Part shown: piece after piece, positions 63,763 to 64,000 of the stretch
Layout: every line of letters begins with the position of its first letter
Numbering within the stretch: position 1 is the stretch's first letter
NCBI GenBank assembly: GCA_043228905.1
Contig: JBHGNT010000008.1
Coordinates: 19,902,001 to 19,966,000 of the forward strand
DNA: 64,000 nucleotides
Source of the DNA: Azolla caroliniana
Lineage: Eukaryota > Plantae > Polypodiophyta
Reading direction: 5' to 3'
Notes under the pieces: generated by a model
Seen by the model: only the letters and a program-made list of their open reading frames with translations
What the model was told of the DNA's origin: nothing
Database searches by the model: none
Position numbers and translations under genes: made by a program

Positions 63763-64000
63763 GTAACAACATGCCTCCTAGCCTACACTCCTCTACCCAC
63801 CGATTGTCTTGTTTGATCTAGGCCTTCGTTGGCCTTCTTCCCGCCGTTATGGCTTCTGTGCCCCTCGACCCGTTGGCTTTGACTACCCTCTGTCATGATG
63901 ACATTCACATTATGCTTTGAAAGCATTTGAACCCACGTCCTTGCTATACATATGTCAAATCCTTAACCATTGTAATAATATGTTTATATGTATAGTTTTT

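Larger units (their letters stand above)
57573..63908 (-). mobile_element. 3' remnant of a second-family copia (LTR ~57573-57990, PPT, tandemly triplicated 3' region), split by the 58307-63762 insertion
   Basis: ...CTCAACA is followed by ctctctcaagctcaac, the reverse complement of the PPT region seen at 28996-29013. The unit ctagctcctcctaaca.catgc.tcctagcctacac recurs near 58030, 58188 and across 58292/63768. Confidence 0.65.

Overview
Plant nuclear heterochromatin-like window. The TE family types suggest a seed-free land plant such as a fern, lycophyte or bryophyte (inference only). Most of the sequence is nested LTR retrotransposons, both Ty1/copia and Ty3/gypsy. The only host gene I can support is an intact, intronless PR-1 (CAP/SCP family) at 18335-18859 (-), with a pseudogenised paralogue at 55006-55516 (-). 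Both PR-1 copies lie in a duplicated [chromovirus + PR-1 + upstream region] unit, and a remnant of a third unit is at about 33 kb. The later unit was expanded by a four-level nest: chromovirus < copia < non-coding Arg-PBS element < copia. The most unusual element is a non-chromovirus gypsy with TGTCG...GACA LTRs, 4-bp CpG-centred target duplications, fungal-like Pol motifs and a tRNA-Trp-type PBS that overlaps the gag start codon. A very young full-length copia (58307-63762) has an open 1343-aa ORF but carries D>N changes at RT and RNase H catalytic sites and a mutated PBS. All coordinates and mismatch counts were made by eye; no alignments or searches were run.
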